Below are positions 1-7,969 of a stretch of DNA of 32,000 bases, piece by piece. The first letter of the stretch is position 1; every line of letters starts with the position of its first letter. The notes beneath the pieces were generated by a model that saw nothing but the letters and a program-made list of their open reading frames with translations, did not search any database and was not told the origin of the DNA. A program made the translations under genes and the position numbers. This stretch comes from an uncultured Desulfohalobiaceae bacterium (GTDB taxonomy: Bacteria > Desulfobacterota > Desulfovibrionia > Desulfovibrionales > Desulfothermaceae). Where the stretch lies: the NCBI GenBank assembly GCA_964595165.1, contig CAZQPF010000015.1:20754-52753 (forward strand), read 5' to 3'.

Positions 1-2580
1 TCCGGGTTTCTGCATCTCAATGCCATCAACGGGCTGGCCCATAAGTCGGAAAGTGTTCTTGATGAGCTGCGCAAAGGGCGCATTGAGAATAACTCGGAGA
101 TTATGGACGTCATCCTGACAGCCACGGACGCCCTGTGCCAGATGCTGGATAATCTGGAACAGGCCGGGGATGAGGGACAGGTGGACACCTCGGGTGTGGA
201 GGCTCAGCTGGAAAGCTTCATTCAGGGGACCGCACCGCCTCCCGCATCCAAATCCGGGGGCCAAAGGAGGCCCCAGGGCCAGAAGGAAGCAAAGCAAAAG
301 CAGCCTCAGCCTTCCCAGCCAGGCAGCGGCTCCGGATCCTATGCCTTGACCGTGAACAGCCCGGACCATCTGTCCGACTTTCTGGAGGAGGCGCGGGATA
401 TCGTGAGCAGCCTCAACGATTGCCTGCTGAAGCTGGAAAAGGGCTCAGAAAATCCCATGGGCCTGGTTCAGGATGCCTTCCGCTATTTTCACAATCTCAA
501 AGGGAACAGCGGCCTTATCGGATACAGCGAGCTCAACAGCATCACCCACAAGGCGGAAACGCTGCTCAACGAATGCCGACAATCAGAGGTCACTCCGGAA
601 TCCTCCACCGTGGACCATCTGCTTCAGGCGGTGGACATCATCGAAACCATGCTGGAGGCCATTGATCAGTCCAGCGGCGAGGTCAGCCCTCCGGACAGCT
701 CTTCGGTATCTCGGGATCTGGATAGAATCATGGCCGGTCTTGCTTCTTCCCTGGATCAGGGAAAGGCCTACGAATCGCAAGGCGCAGATGACGAGGAGCA
801 GGAAGCGCCACTGCAAGCCGGCCGGGATAACGCCTTTGACTCCGAGGATCTGTCCATCTTTCGACAGACTGTGGAGCAGCAGCTGGACAATGTCTATCTG
901 GCCCTGAGAATGCTGACCGAGGATGCCTCGCAAAGCGATTATGTGGACGGCATGTACCGTTCCTTCCTCAGCCTGAGAAACGCCAGCGAGTACATGGGCT
1001 TGGAGGAGACAAAGGTCTACGCCGAGCGCACGGCTAATCTCGTGGATCAGGGTCGAAGCGCGGAGCAAGGAATGGAGATGCTGCTCCCCATTCTGCAGCA
1101 GGAAACGGAAATTCTGGAGAACATGCTGCACTCGGCCATGGATAAGGCGCTTGACGCAGGACCGGCCGAGCCCGACTCCCAGCCTGAAGACCGGGTGGCA
1201 GGCTCGAGCTCAAAAGACTCGCCGGAAAAGGTCTCCGCCTCTGAGCAGGGAGCGCAGGCGCAGGCGGAAGAAGCAGAGCAGGAGCCCGAGATGTCCCCTT
1301 CCGTCCCGGCAGCATCCGAAGAGCTGCAGGAGGAAGGCCGGGAAAAGCAGCCCTCCAAGGCGGATGCCTCCAAGTCCTCGGCCAAGGTGTCAACCACGAT
1401 CCGCGTGGAGCACGAAAAGCTGGATCACCTCATGAACCTCATAGGCGAGCTCATTATCAACCGCAACCGCTTTTCCCTGCTTACCAAGGAGCTCGAGGCT
1501 GGAAAGGACATCTCCGACGTGGTGCAGAACCTATCCGAGACCACCGACTCCATGGCCAGGATCTCCGACGACCTGCAGGACACCATCATGCAGGTCCGCA
1601 TGGTTCCCATGCGGACCGTATTTTCCCGTTTTCCCCGCCTGGTGCGCGATCTTAGCCGCAAAAGCGGCAAGAACATCGAGCTCATTACCGAAGGAGAGGA
1701 TACCGAGCTGGATAAAAGCGTTATCGAGGCCATTGGCGATCCGCTGGTGCACCTCATCCGCAACGCGGTGGATCACGGCCAGGAGCAGCCCGAAGAACGG
1801 AAAAGGGCCGGCAAGCCGCAGACGGGTCATGTCTGGCTCAAGGCCTATCATGAAGGAAACTCGGTGGTGATTGTCATTGCTGACGACGGAAAAGGCATCG
1901 ATCCGGAAAAGGTCAAGCAAAAGGCTGTAAGCAAGGGGATTATCAGTGAGGAGGAGGCAGCGAAGCTGGAGGATAAGGAGGCCACTGAGCTCATTTTCGC
2001 TCCCGGGTTCTCCACCTCGGAGGAAGTGACCGATGTCTCGGGCCGGGGCGTGGGAATGGATGTGGTTAAGAACAACATCAAGAACCTTAACGGCAGCGTA
2101 GCAGTTCAATCCGAGGTCGGCCGGGGAACCAGCATCAGCCTGTCCCTCCCCTTAACTCTGGCCATCATAGAAGCTCTGCTGGTCAAGGTGGGCCACAACA
2201 CCTTCGCCATACCTCTGGATGCCGTCTCCGAGACCACCAAGATACCTGCCAAGCAGGTCAAGGAAGTGAACAAGCGCTGGGCCACCACCCTGCGCGGCGA
2301 GGTGCTGGGCATCGAGGATCTGTCCCGCGTGCTGGGCCTGGGGAACGGCAGCGGAAGCAAGGAGGTCTATCCGCTGGTGGTCATTTCCGTTAATGACCGC
2401 AGAGTGGGACTGATAGTGGATGCTCTGTTGCACAGGCAGGAAATTGTGATTAAATCCATGGGTGAGTATCTGGGCGAAGTGCACGGCTTGTCCGGAGCAA
2501 CCATAATGGGAGACGGGAGCGTTATACTCATCCTCGATCCCAGCGAGATCATGAGCATGACCATCTCAAGAAATGGGTGA
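1..2580 (+). CDS. cheA: Chemotaxis histidine kinase CheA with multi-Hpt architecture; the 5' end lies upstream of the window
   Basis: Frame 1 is open from nt 1 and already encodes the tail of an Hpt domain (SGFLHLNAINGLAHKSESVLDELRKG), so ATG 103 is internal. The second Hpt has FRYFHNLKGNSG (His codon 490-492). The third is Hpt-like, YRSFLSLRNASE, with Leu (967-969) at the His position. Dimerisation box IRVEHEKLDHLMNLIGELII. ATPase boxes HLIRNAVDHG, DDGKGID, GRGVGMDVV. C-terminal CheW-like domain. Stop 2578-2580. Confidence 0.9.
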   Translation, partial: SGFLHLNAINGLAHKSESVLDELRKGRIENNSEIMDVILTATDALCQMLDNLEQAGDEGQVDTSGVEAQLESFIQGTAPPPASKSGGQRRPQGQKEAKQKQPQPSQPGSGSGSYALTVNSPDHLSDFLEEARDIVSSLNDCLLKLEKGSENPMGLVQDAFRYFHNLKGNSGLIGYSELNSITHKAETLLNECRQSEVTPESSTVDHLLQAVDIIETMLEAIDQSSGEVSPPDSSSVSRDLDRIMAGLASSLDQGKAYESQGADDEEQEAPLQAGRDNAFDSEDLSIFRQTVEQQLDNVYLALRMLTEDASQSDYVDGMYRSFLSLRNASEYMGLEETKVYAERTANLVDQGRSAEQGMEMLLPILQQETEILENMLHSAMDKALDAGPAEPDSQPEDRVAGSSSKDSPEKVSASEQGAQAQAEEAEQEPEMSPSVPAASEELQEEGREKQPSKADASKSSAKVSTTIRVEHEKLDHLMNLIGELIINRNRFSLLTKELEAGKDISDVVQNLSETTDSMARISDDLQDTIMQVRMVPMRTVFSRFPRLVRDLSRKSGKNIELITEGEDTELDKSVIEAIGDPLVHLIRNAVDHGQEQPEERKRAGKPQTGHVWLKAYHEGNSVVIVIADDGKGIDPEKVKQKAVSKGIISEEEAAKLEDKEATELIFAPGFSTSEEVTDVSGRGVGMDVVKNNIKNLNGSVAVQSEVGRGTSISLSLPLTLAIIEALLVKVGHNTFAIPLDAVSETTKIPAKQVKEVNKRWATTLRGEVLGIEDLSRVLGLGNGSGSKEVYPLVVISVNDRRVGLIVDALLHRQEIVIKSMGEYLGEVHGLSGATIMGDGSVILILDPSEIMSMTISRNG

Positions 2581-2620
2581 CAACTTCCACAGGACAGCTT
2601 GAAATTTAAGGAGGTGCCTT

Positions 2621-3004
2621 ATGCCGACACCGATCCGCATTCGGCTCAATGACAGTGTTGTCCTCAATGGCGAGCTGGATGACAATCCTCCGGGCAAGGC
2701 ATTGGCCGAGGCCCTGCCTTTTCTGGTATCCATGAACCGATGGGGGGAAGAGCTGTACGGCAATCCGGACAAGTCGATCGGCCGTTTCGGCGAGCCGGCT
2801 CAGGAGGTCATGGAAGTGGGCGATCTGGCCTATCATGACGACACGGGCTGGTTCTGCATCTTCTGGGGGCCCACGCCCTCCAGCCAGGGGGAAGAGCCGC
2901 GGGGCGCCTTTCCGGTTCAGAAAGTGGGCACTGCCTCCGGGGATTGGCAGGCCGTGGCCGATATGGGCGAGCCGGTTACCGCAGAGGTGGAGGCTGCCGA
3001 GTGA
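2621..3004 (+). CDS. Cyclophilin-like fold protein (TM1367 / PF04126-type), function unknown
   Basis: 127 aa. AAGGAGG (2608-2614) lies 6 nt before ATG 2621, 40 nt after the cheA stop. Motifs ALAEALPF, NRWGEELY, VMEVGDLAY and CIFWGPTP match my recollection of the cyclophilin-like family consensus. Confidence 0.7.
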   Translation: MPTPIRIRLNDSVVLNGELDDNPPGKALAEALPFLVSMNRWGEELYGNPDKSIGRFGEPAQEVMEVGDLAYHDDTGWFCIFWGPTPSSQGEEPRGAFPVQKVGTASGDWQAVADMGEPVTAEVEAAE

Positions 3005-3045
3005 GCCGGCTTGGCGGATGGCAGTCGCTGCAAGCTAGATGTGTT

Positions 3046-3070
3046 GCCGCCGGCTCACCGGGCCGGCGGC
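3046..3070. terminator. GC-rich hairpin between convergent genes (possible terminator, no U-tract)
   Basis: GCCGCCGGC (3046-3054), 7-nt loop, GCCGGCGGC (3062-3070). It overlaps the stop codon of the minus-strand gene. Confidence 0.3.
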
Positions 3071-4158
3071 TAGATGCTCAGATCGAGCTCCTGGACGGTT
3101 CCCGCCTGATTGTTCTGGTCCAGGTAGATGCCGGTGGAGGCTACCTGCCCTAGAAGGCTGTGGTTTGCCGCCTGCAGGCTAAAGTGACTGTTCACCCGGC
3201 CCAGATGTATGGCCCCCAGACCCACCTTCCCCAGAGAAAACAGCTGGTCCCGCCCGCTTTCATCCTTGCTCCAAATCCTGAGCCGATCAAAGACGGAATC
3301 GGCCTCGTCGATCCATTCATCACCGTCCTCGTCAAAGGCGGCCAGCTCCTCGAATCCCTGACCGGTGCTCGGTCCGAAGAGCTCCGAGCCGTCATTGATG
3401 GCCCCGTCTCCGTTTCTATCCAGGGCCAGAAATCCGCTTCCGGGCTGCGGAAAGGCGATTTCCTCCAAGGAGCTGTCCATGTCCAGGTCAAACTGAAAGC
3501 GCCTCTCTGTTAACTGGGCTGCGGACTGCTGGAGATTGATCACCAGCGGGTCCATGACCTGGGGATCTCCGAGCCGCAAGCTTGCGGTTTGGGTCTGGAC
3601 GAAGGTTCGGCTCATGGAGAGCTCGATATCCACCGCGATGCTCGAGCCTTCGGAGGTGACCACCTCACCCTGGATTTCCAGGGAGGTGCGCTCCGTTTCC
3701 TGATAGGTTCGCTGCAGGGTGTACTCCAGGGCCGGGCCAGAAGGCCTCTGTCCATCGCCTGTCTCCTCGGAAGAGGCTGGAGCCTTTGCCGCTCCAGCCT
3801 CGGCAGCGTCCTCGGCCGCATCCTCCGAGGCAACTCCTTCATTTGTTGGCTGCAGATCGGCTGTATCAGTGAGCTGGACCTTCTTTCCGGTGAGGGCCTC
3901 GATAACCGAGACCAGAATCTGCGTTTTGGGATCCAGCCCGGTTGACTCTTCTTCCTGGAGCGAAGAGGTTTTTTCTACAGCCAGGGGCGAGAGGGTCACC
4001 CGGTCATGCCCCACCTTGCGGCCAGGATTCCCGGCTGCGTGCTCCGGGACCTTGCCCTGCGGTTCATGGCTCCAAACCCGCAGAGACTCCTGCTGCTCGA
4101 AATGCTGCCTAAAGAGCCTCTGACTAGAAAAATGCAAGGACGATTGCACAATATCCAT
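3070..4158 (-). CDS. Hypothetical acidic protein with two EF-hand-like calcium-binding loops
   Basis: ORF 3070-4170. ATG 4158, preceded by GGGGGAGAG, is preferred over GTG 4170. Loops DRNGDGAINDGSE (about 3382-3420) and DEDGDEWIDEAD (about 3298-3333). Glu/Asp/Ala-rich central linker. No signal peptide or TM segment visible. Confidence 0.65.
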   Translation of the reverse strand: MDIVQSSLHFSSQRLFRQHFEQQESLRVWSHEPQGKVPEHAAGNPGRKVGHDRVTLSPLAVEKTSSLQEEESTGLDPKTQILVSVIEALTGKKVQLTDTADLQPTNEGVASEDAAEDAAEAGAAKAPASSEETGDGQRPSGPALEYTLQRTYQETERTSLEIQGEVVTSEGSSIAVDIELSMSRTFVQTQTASLRLGDPQVMDPLVINLQQSAAQLTERRFQFDLDMDSSLEEIAFPQPGSGFLALDRNGDGAINDGSELFGPSTGQGFEELAAFDEDGDEWIDEADSVFDRLRIWSKDESGRDQLFSLGKVGLGAIHLGRVNSHFSLQAANHSLLGQVASTGIYLDQNNQAGTVQELDLSI

Positions 4159-4237
4159 ACTCTCCCCCACAGGCTGCGAAAACCGCTTCCGGCATGGAAA
4201 TCGGCTTTCTGTTTGTCAGCACAGCCTCTGGCAGTGC

Positions 4238-4375
4238 TGGTATGAAGCTCAAGATACCAGCCCGGCACTCAGTTTGAATGCAGCCTTCTTCCAATAGGTG
4301 GTATACACCTGAGCAGCAGCTTTTATTCAAGATCGAGCTCAGACTGGGCAAATTGAGTGCCGGGCTGCAATGTCG
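4238..4375 (-). repeat. Copy A of a two-copy intergenic element (sigma54-like motif plus conserved leader); boundaries approximate
   Basis: The reverse complement aligns by eye at roughly 70% identity with 30865-30995. Identical blocks are TGGAAGAAGGCTGCA (rc of 4279-4293) and CTGAGTGCCGGGCT (rc of 4259-4272). It lies between the rpsU terminator and the start of the 3070-4158 gene. Confidence 0.6.
4347..4362 (-). promoter_or_regulatory. Sigma54-type -24/-12 promoter candidate for the 3070-4158 gene
   Basis: The minus strand reads cGGCACtcaatTTGCc. GG is at 4360-4361 and GC at 4348-4349, exactly N10 apart, matching TGGCAC-N5-TTGC in all core positions except the first T. Confidence 0.4.
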
Positions 4376-4422
4376 TTGGCGGCCACTTTTGTGTATTATC
4401 GGCAGCGGGGAGGATTTCTTAA

Positions 4423-4468
4423 ACAGAAAGCCGCCCCCGGCAATCGATTGCCGGGGGCGGCTTTCTGT
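4423..4468 (-). terminator. Perfect 46-bp palindrome downstream of rpsU (terminator hairpin)
   Basis: ACAGAAAGCCGCCCCCGGCAATC / GATTGCCGGGGGCGGCTTTCTGT are exact reverse complements. It sits 63 nt past the rpsU stop. The U-tract is weak on both strands. Confidence 0.6.
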
Positions 4469-4530
4469 ACGGGATTGGGGCAGGCATCCCGCATAAGCGA
4501 GCAAAAGCAGGGGTGAAATGGAATATCGGA

Positions 4531-4734
4531 TCAGAAAGAGCTATAGGCCCGACGCCTTCTGCGAAGCACCCTTCGCTTGGAAGCGGCCTCCTTTCTTTTG
4601 CGCCGCTCGCAGGGCTTTTCATAATATTTGCGTTTCCGTATTTCCGATGCCAAGCCCTCTTGCTGAACCTTTTTCTTGAACTTGCGCAGGGCAACTTCAA
4701 AATTGTCCTGATCTCCCAAAAAAACTTCCGTCAT
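4531..4734 (-). CDS. rpsU: 30S ribosomal protein S21
   Basis: MTEVFLGDQDNFEVALRKFKKKVQQEG...YYEKP..RRKRK matches the S21 pattern. The third in-frame ATG (4734) is chosen because GAGGTG (4744-4749) lies 9 nt upstream. The track ORF extends to 4743. Confidence 0.9.
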   Translation of the reverse strand: MTEVFLGDQDNFEVALRKFKKKVQQEGLASEIRKRKYYEKPCERRKRKEAASKRRVLRRRRRAYSSF

Positions 4735-4835
4735 GGACATCACCTCGTGCTAAAGGGTGTTGCATCCCTTAAAAACAATGCCTGCCTCTTGTTCTTTAAG
4801 CCTTGGAATCGGGATGGCCAAATGAGGCATGACTC

Positions 4836-4841
4836 ATTATA
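4836..4841 (-). promoter_or_regulatory. Possible -10 box (TATAAT) upstream of rpsU
   Basis: Perfect TATAAT on the minus strand. A TTGACA sits at 4865-4870 but 23 nt away, which is too far for a standard sigma70 spacing. Confidence 0.3.
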
Positions 4842-4891
4842 GAGAGTTAATCTTTTTCCGGGATTGTCAACCTGCTGGCTGCCGCTGGTCT

Positions 4892-6763
4892 TTAGCCCTG
4901 GCTGCGCTGACCCCGTTTAAGAAAGACGCGCAGGATGGAGATGGCCGCCGGGGTCATGCCCGGGATGCGCGAGGCATGGCCCAGAGTGGGAGGTCTGTGC
5001 TGCTGCAGCTTCTGCCTGATCTCATTGGACAGCCCGGGGAGATCGGCAAAAGGAAAATCCGGCGGGATTCGGACCTGCTCCAGCTCCTTGAAGCGTTCCA
5101 CCTCCGCTTGTTGCCGCTGCAGGTATCCTTCGTACTTGCAGGCGATCTCCACCTGCTCCCGGGCCCGTTGGGATAAGGCTTCTGCCGGCGGAAGAATGGA
5201 AGCGATGTCCTCATAGCTGAGCTCCGGCCTTTTAAGCAGCTTGTCCAGGCTGACCGCCTTGTTGAGCGGAGCCGAGCCTCGATTGACAAGCACTCCATTG
5301 ACCGTCTCCGAAGGGCCGACCCTTGTGCTGCCAAGGCGCTGCTGCTCGTTCTGAATCGCCTGCTTGCGCTCCAGGAGCTCCTGGTAGGTTGATCTGGAGT
5401 GCAGCCCGAGCTCATAGCCGATGGGGAGCAGCCGCAGATCGGCGTTGTCCTCCCGCAGCAGCAGCCGGTGCTCCGCCCTGGAGGTGAGCATTCTGTAGGG
5501 CTCGCTCACTCCCTTGCAAACCAGATCGTCGATCATGACTCCCAGGTAGGCCTGGGAGCGATCCAGAATGAACGGGGGCCGGTTCTGGGCCTTGAGGGCT
5601 GCGTTGATTCCGGCCCAGAGCCCCTGGGCCGCGGCCTCCTCGTAGCCGGAAGTGCCGTTGATCTGTCCGGCCAGAAAAAGCCCGGAGAGCCGTTTGGTCT
5701 CCAGGGTGAGCGAGAGCTCGGTGGGCTGGATGAAGTCGTACTCTATGGCGTAAGCCGGACGGAGGATCTCCGCTTCTTCGAGGCCAGGAACGGAGTGCAG
5801 GAACTGGGCCTGGATCTCGTAGGGCAGGGAGTTGCCGGTGCCGCTGGCGTATATCTCCTCGGTCTCGATCCCTTCCGGTTCCAGAATGATATGGTGGGAC
5901 TCCCGGTCGGGAAACTTGATCACCTTGTCCTCGATGGAAGGGCAATATCTGGCCGAAATCCCTTGAATCGTTCCGTCGTAGAGGGGAGAAAAGCGGATGT
6001 TGCGGCGCACGATTTCATGGGTTCGCCGGTTGGTCTGGCCGAAATGGCAGCAGATCTGAGGCTGCTCGATACGTTCCGTGAACAGGGAGAAGGGCCGAGG
6101 CTCGGGCTCACCCGGCTGCTCCTCAAAGGAGGAGAAATCGATGCTCCGTCTATGCAGCCTGGCAGGAGTGCCGGTTTTCATACGCCCCAGCTGAAAGCCG
6201 AGCCGGCTGAGCTGATCCGGGAGCTCGTTGGAGGGAAACTCGCCGGCTCTTCCTGCGGCCAAGCGGCTGGAGCCGATATGGATTACACCGTGCAAAAAGG
6301 TGCCGTTGGCCAGAACCACTGCAGAGGCTGTGAAGGCGACCCCGAGCTCGTCCTGCACTCCGATTGCGCTGTTGCCCTCCAGGAGGAGCGAGGTCACCTT
6401 GGCCTGCTTGAGCTCGAGCCCGGACTGCTGCTCCAGGGTATGCTTCATGAGGGTCCGGTAGCGCACCTTGTCGTTTTGGGTTCGGGTGCCTCGAACCGCC
6501 GGGCCCTTTCTAGTGTTCAGCCTGCGAAACTGAATGGCCGTCCTGTCGGTTAGCTTGGCCATTTCTCCGCCCAGGGCGTCGATCTCCTTGACCAGATGCC
6601 CCTTGCCGATGCCGCCGATGGATGGAGAGCAGGGCATATGCGCCACGGTGTCCAGATAGATGGACAGCAGCAGCGTCCGGCAGCCCAGCCTGGCCGAGGC
6701 CAAGGCCGCCTCGCAACCTGCATGGCCTGCGCCGACCACAATGACGTCGTAGGAGGGGTTCAT
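4892..6763 (-). CDS. mnmG: tRNA uridine 5-carboxymethylaminomethyl modification enzyme MnmG (GidA)
   Basis: N-terminus [27 protein letters not shown] (FAD-binding GxGxxG). Length and internal motifs are typical of MnmG. ATG 6763 is chosen; the 15-codon upstream extension to 6808 lacks family similarity. Confidence 0.95.
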   Translation of the reverse strand: MNPSYDVIVVGAGHAGCEAALASARLGCRTLLLSIYLDTVAHMPCSPSIGGIGKGHLVKEIDALGGEMAKLTDRTAIQFRRLNTRKGPAVRGTRTQNDKVRYRTLMKHTLEQQSGLELKQAKVTSLLLEGNSAIGVQDELGVAFTASAVVLANGTFLHGVIHIGSSRLAAGRAGEFPSNELPDQLSRLGFQLGRMKTGTPARLHRRSIDFSSFEEQPGEPEPRPFSLFTERIEQPQICCHFGQTNRRTHEIVRRNIRFSPLYDGTIQGISARYCPSIEDKVIKFPDRESHHIILEPEGIETEEIYASGTGNSLPYEIQAQFLHSVPGLEEAEILRPAYAIEYDFIQPTELSLTLETKRLSGLFLAGQINGTSGYEEAAAQGLWAGINAALKAQNRPPFILDRSQAYLGVMIDDLVCKGVSEPYRMLTSRAEHRLLLREDNADLRLLPIGYELGLHSRSTYQELLERKQAIQNEQQRLGSTRVGPSETVNGVLVNRGSAPLNKAVSLDKLLKRPELSYEDIASILPPAEALSQRAREQVEIACKYEGYLQRQQAEVERFKELEQVRIPPDFPFADLPGLSNEIRQKLQQHRPPTLGHASRIPGMTPAAISILRVFLKRGQRSQG

Positions 6764-6873
6764 CTTCACACAGCCTCTGATATGCGGTACAACAGAATGC
6801 AGGACCAAAGCGTGGCCACGCTCCGATTCCGCATTCTGCTTGGTTTACAAACCGTGAGCTGGACCTGGTTGGC

Positions 6874-7788
6874 ATGCCAAACAAGCCGTACAGGGATTTC
6901 AACTCCTATTTGCGCCGGACTTTCGGATGCCGGGTGCAAAAGATCTCCTTGGATGCCGGGCTTAGCTGCCCCAATAGAGACGGCAGCAAAGGGAGCGGGG
7001 GGTGCATCTATTGTAACGCCCGTGGTTCCGGCACCGGGAAGTCGACCCAGGGAATGAATATAACCCATCAGCTGGCCGCCGCCAAGTCAGCCCTGTATAA
7101 GAGGTACAAGGCCACAAAGTATCTGGCCTATTTTCAATCCTACAGCAATACCTACGCTCCCTTGCCGGTTCTAAAAAGGCTCTACTCAGAGGCCCTGGCC
7201 GATCCGGAGGTCGTGGGCCTCTGCCTGGGGACCAGGCCGGATTGTGTCCCGGATCCGGTGCTGGACCACCTCCACGCTCTGTCCCGGCAGGCCCTGGTTT
7301 GGATGGAGTACGGCCTTCAGTCGGCCCGGGAAGCCACTCTGCAGCTGATCAACCGGGGCCACGGGGTGGATGCCTTTGTCGAGGCCCTCACACGCACCCG
7401 GGATCGCGGCCTGCCGGTTTGCGCCCATGTCATTCTCGGCCTGCCCGGCGAGGGGCGGGAGGAGATGCTGCAAACGGCCCGTTTTCTGGCCAGGTGCCGC
7501 ATCGAAGCGGTGAAGGTGCATTTGCTCTATGTCATCGAGGGGACCAAGCTTCATGACATGTACCGCGCCGGGAAATACCGCTGTCTGGAGCAGCAGGAGT
7601 ATGTCGAGCTCGTAGGAGAGTTTCTCTCCCTGTTGCCTCCGGAAACCATTGTGCAGCGTCTTACCGGAGACCCGCACCGAAGCGAGCTTGTGGCCCCGGA
7701 CTGGGCCCTGCAGAAGAAAGCGAACCTGCAGGCCATTATCGATTCCATGCACTCCAGGGGGCTCTACCAGGGGAAGTACGCTTCCTAG
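6874..7788 (+). CDS. Radical SAM protein, TIGR01212 (YhcC-like) family
   Basis: FGCRVQKISLDAGLSCPNRDGSKGSGGCIYCN resembles the YhcC-type N-terminus (CPNRDG...GGCxxC). 304 aa. Confidence 0.85.
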   Translation: MPNKPYRDFNSYLRRTFGCRVQKISLDAGLSCPNRDGSKGSGGCIYCNARGSGTGKSTQGMNITHQLAAAKSALYKRYKATKYLAYFQSYSNTYAPLPVLKRLYSEALADPEVVGLCLGTRPDCVPDPVLDHLHALSRQALVWMEYGLQSAREATLQLINRGHGVDAFVEALTRTRDRGLPVCAHVILGLPGEGREEMLQTARFLARCRIEAVKVHLLYVIEGTKLHDMYRAGKYRCLEQQEYVELVGEFLSLLPPETIVQRLTGDPHRSELVAPDWALQKKANLQAIIDSMHSRGLYQGKYAS

Positions 7789-7894
7789 ACTTGTCCTGCG
7801 TGGATCGCCAGTTTTTTTCAGCCTGGTTGCGATGACCAATCAGCCAATTGGTAGAAATCTGGAGCTCAATTCTCTTCAAATAATACCCCAATGA

Positions 7895-7922
7895 GTCAGC
7901 GTGGCCTCTTGGCCACGCTGAC
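7895..7922 (+). terminator. 12-bp perfect stem-loop after the radical SAM gene (terminator or operator)
   Basis: GTCAGCGTGGCC tctt GGCCACGCTGAC. Only two T residues follow, and the stem abuts TTGACA at 7923. Confidence 0.4.
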
Positions 7923-7952
7923 TTGACAGGGGTTCAACGCTCCGGGCATAGT
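7923..7952 (+). promoter_or_regulatory. Sigma70-like promoter candidate for the metal ABC operon
   Basis: TTGACA (7923-7928), N18, CATAGT (7947-7952). AAGGAGG at 7957-7963 lies 6 nt before ATG 7970. Confidence 0.35.
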
Positions 7953-7969
7953 CGCCAAGGAGGCTTGTA

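Noticed and set aside
4259-4277. GGCACtcagtTTGA (and rc of 30962-30978, GGCACtcagcTTGG) as bona fide sigma54 promoters for small RNAs
   Set aside because: The near-invariant GC at -12 is replaced by GA and GG. This is kept only as an alternative hypothesis in the findings.
4124-4504. 126-aa ORF (and the 125-aa ORF 30838-31215) sharing LEEGC.Q.ECRA, considered as paralogous small proteins
   Set aside because: Similarity is confined to about 28 codons and matches the nucleotide-level repeat. The ORFs run through a 46-bp terminator palindrome and into the neighbouring gene starts in another frame. There is no RBS. The similarity is interpreted as a non-coding element.
5399-6553. 384-aa plus-strand ORF inside mnmG
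   Set aside because: It is antisense to an unmistakable MnmG, and its low-complexity translation has no motifs.
6764-6808. N-terminal extensions suggested by the ORF track (mnmG to 6808, phr from 10520, hmcB from 14320, hmcC from 15392, FmdE fusion to 20910, OMP from 22571, marR from 21229)
   Set aside because: The conserved family N-termini, signal peptides, RBS positions and overlap with upstream genes all support the downstream starts.
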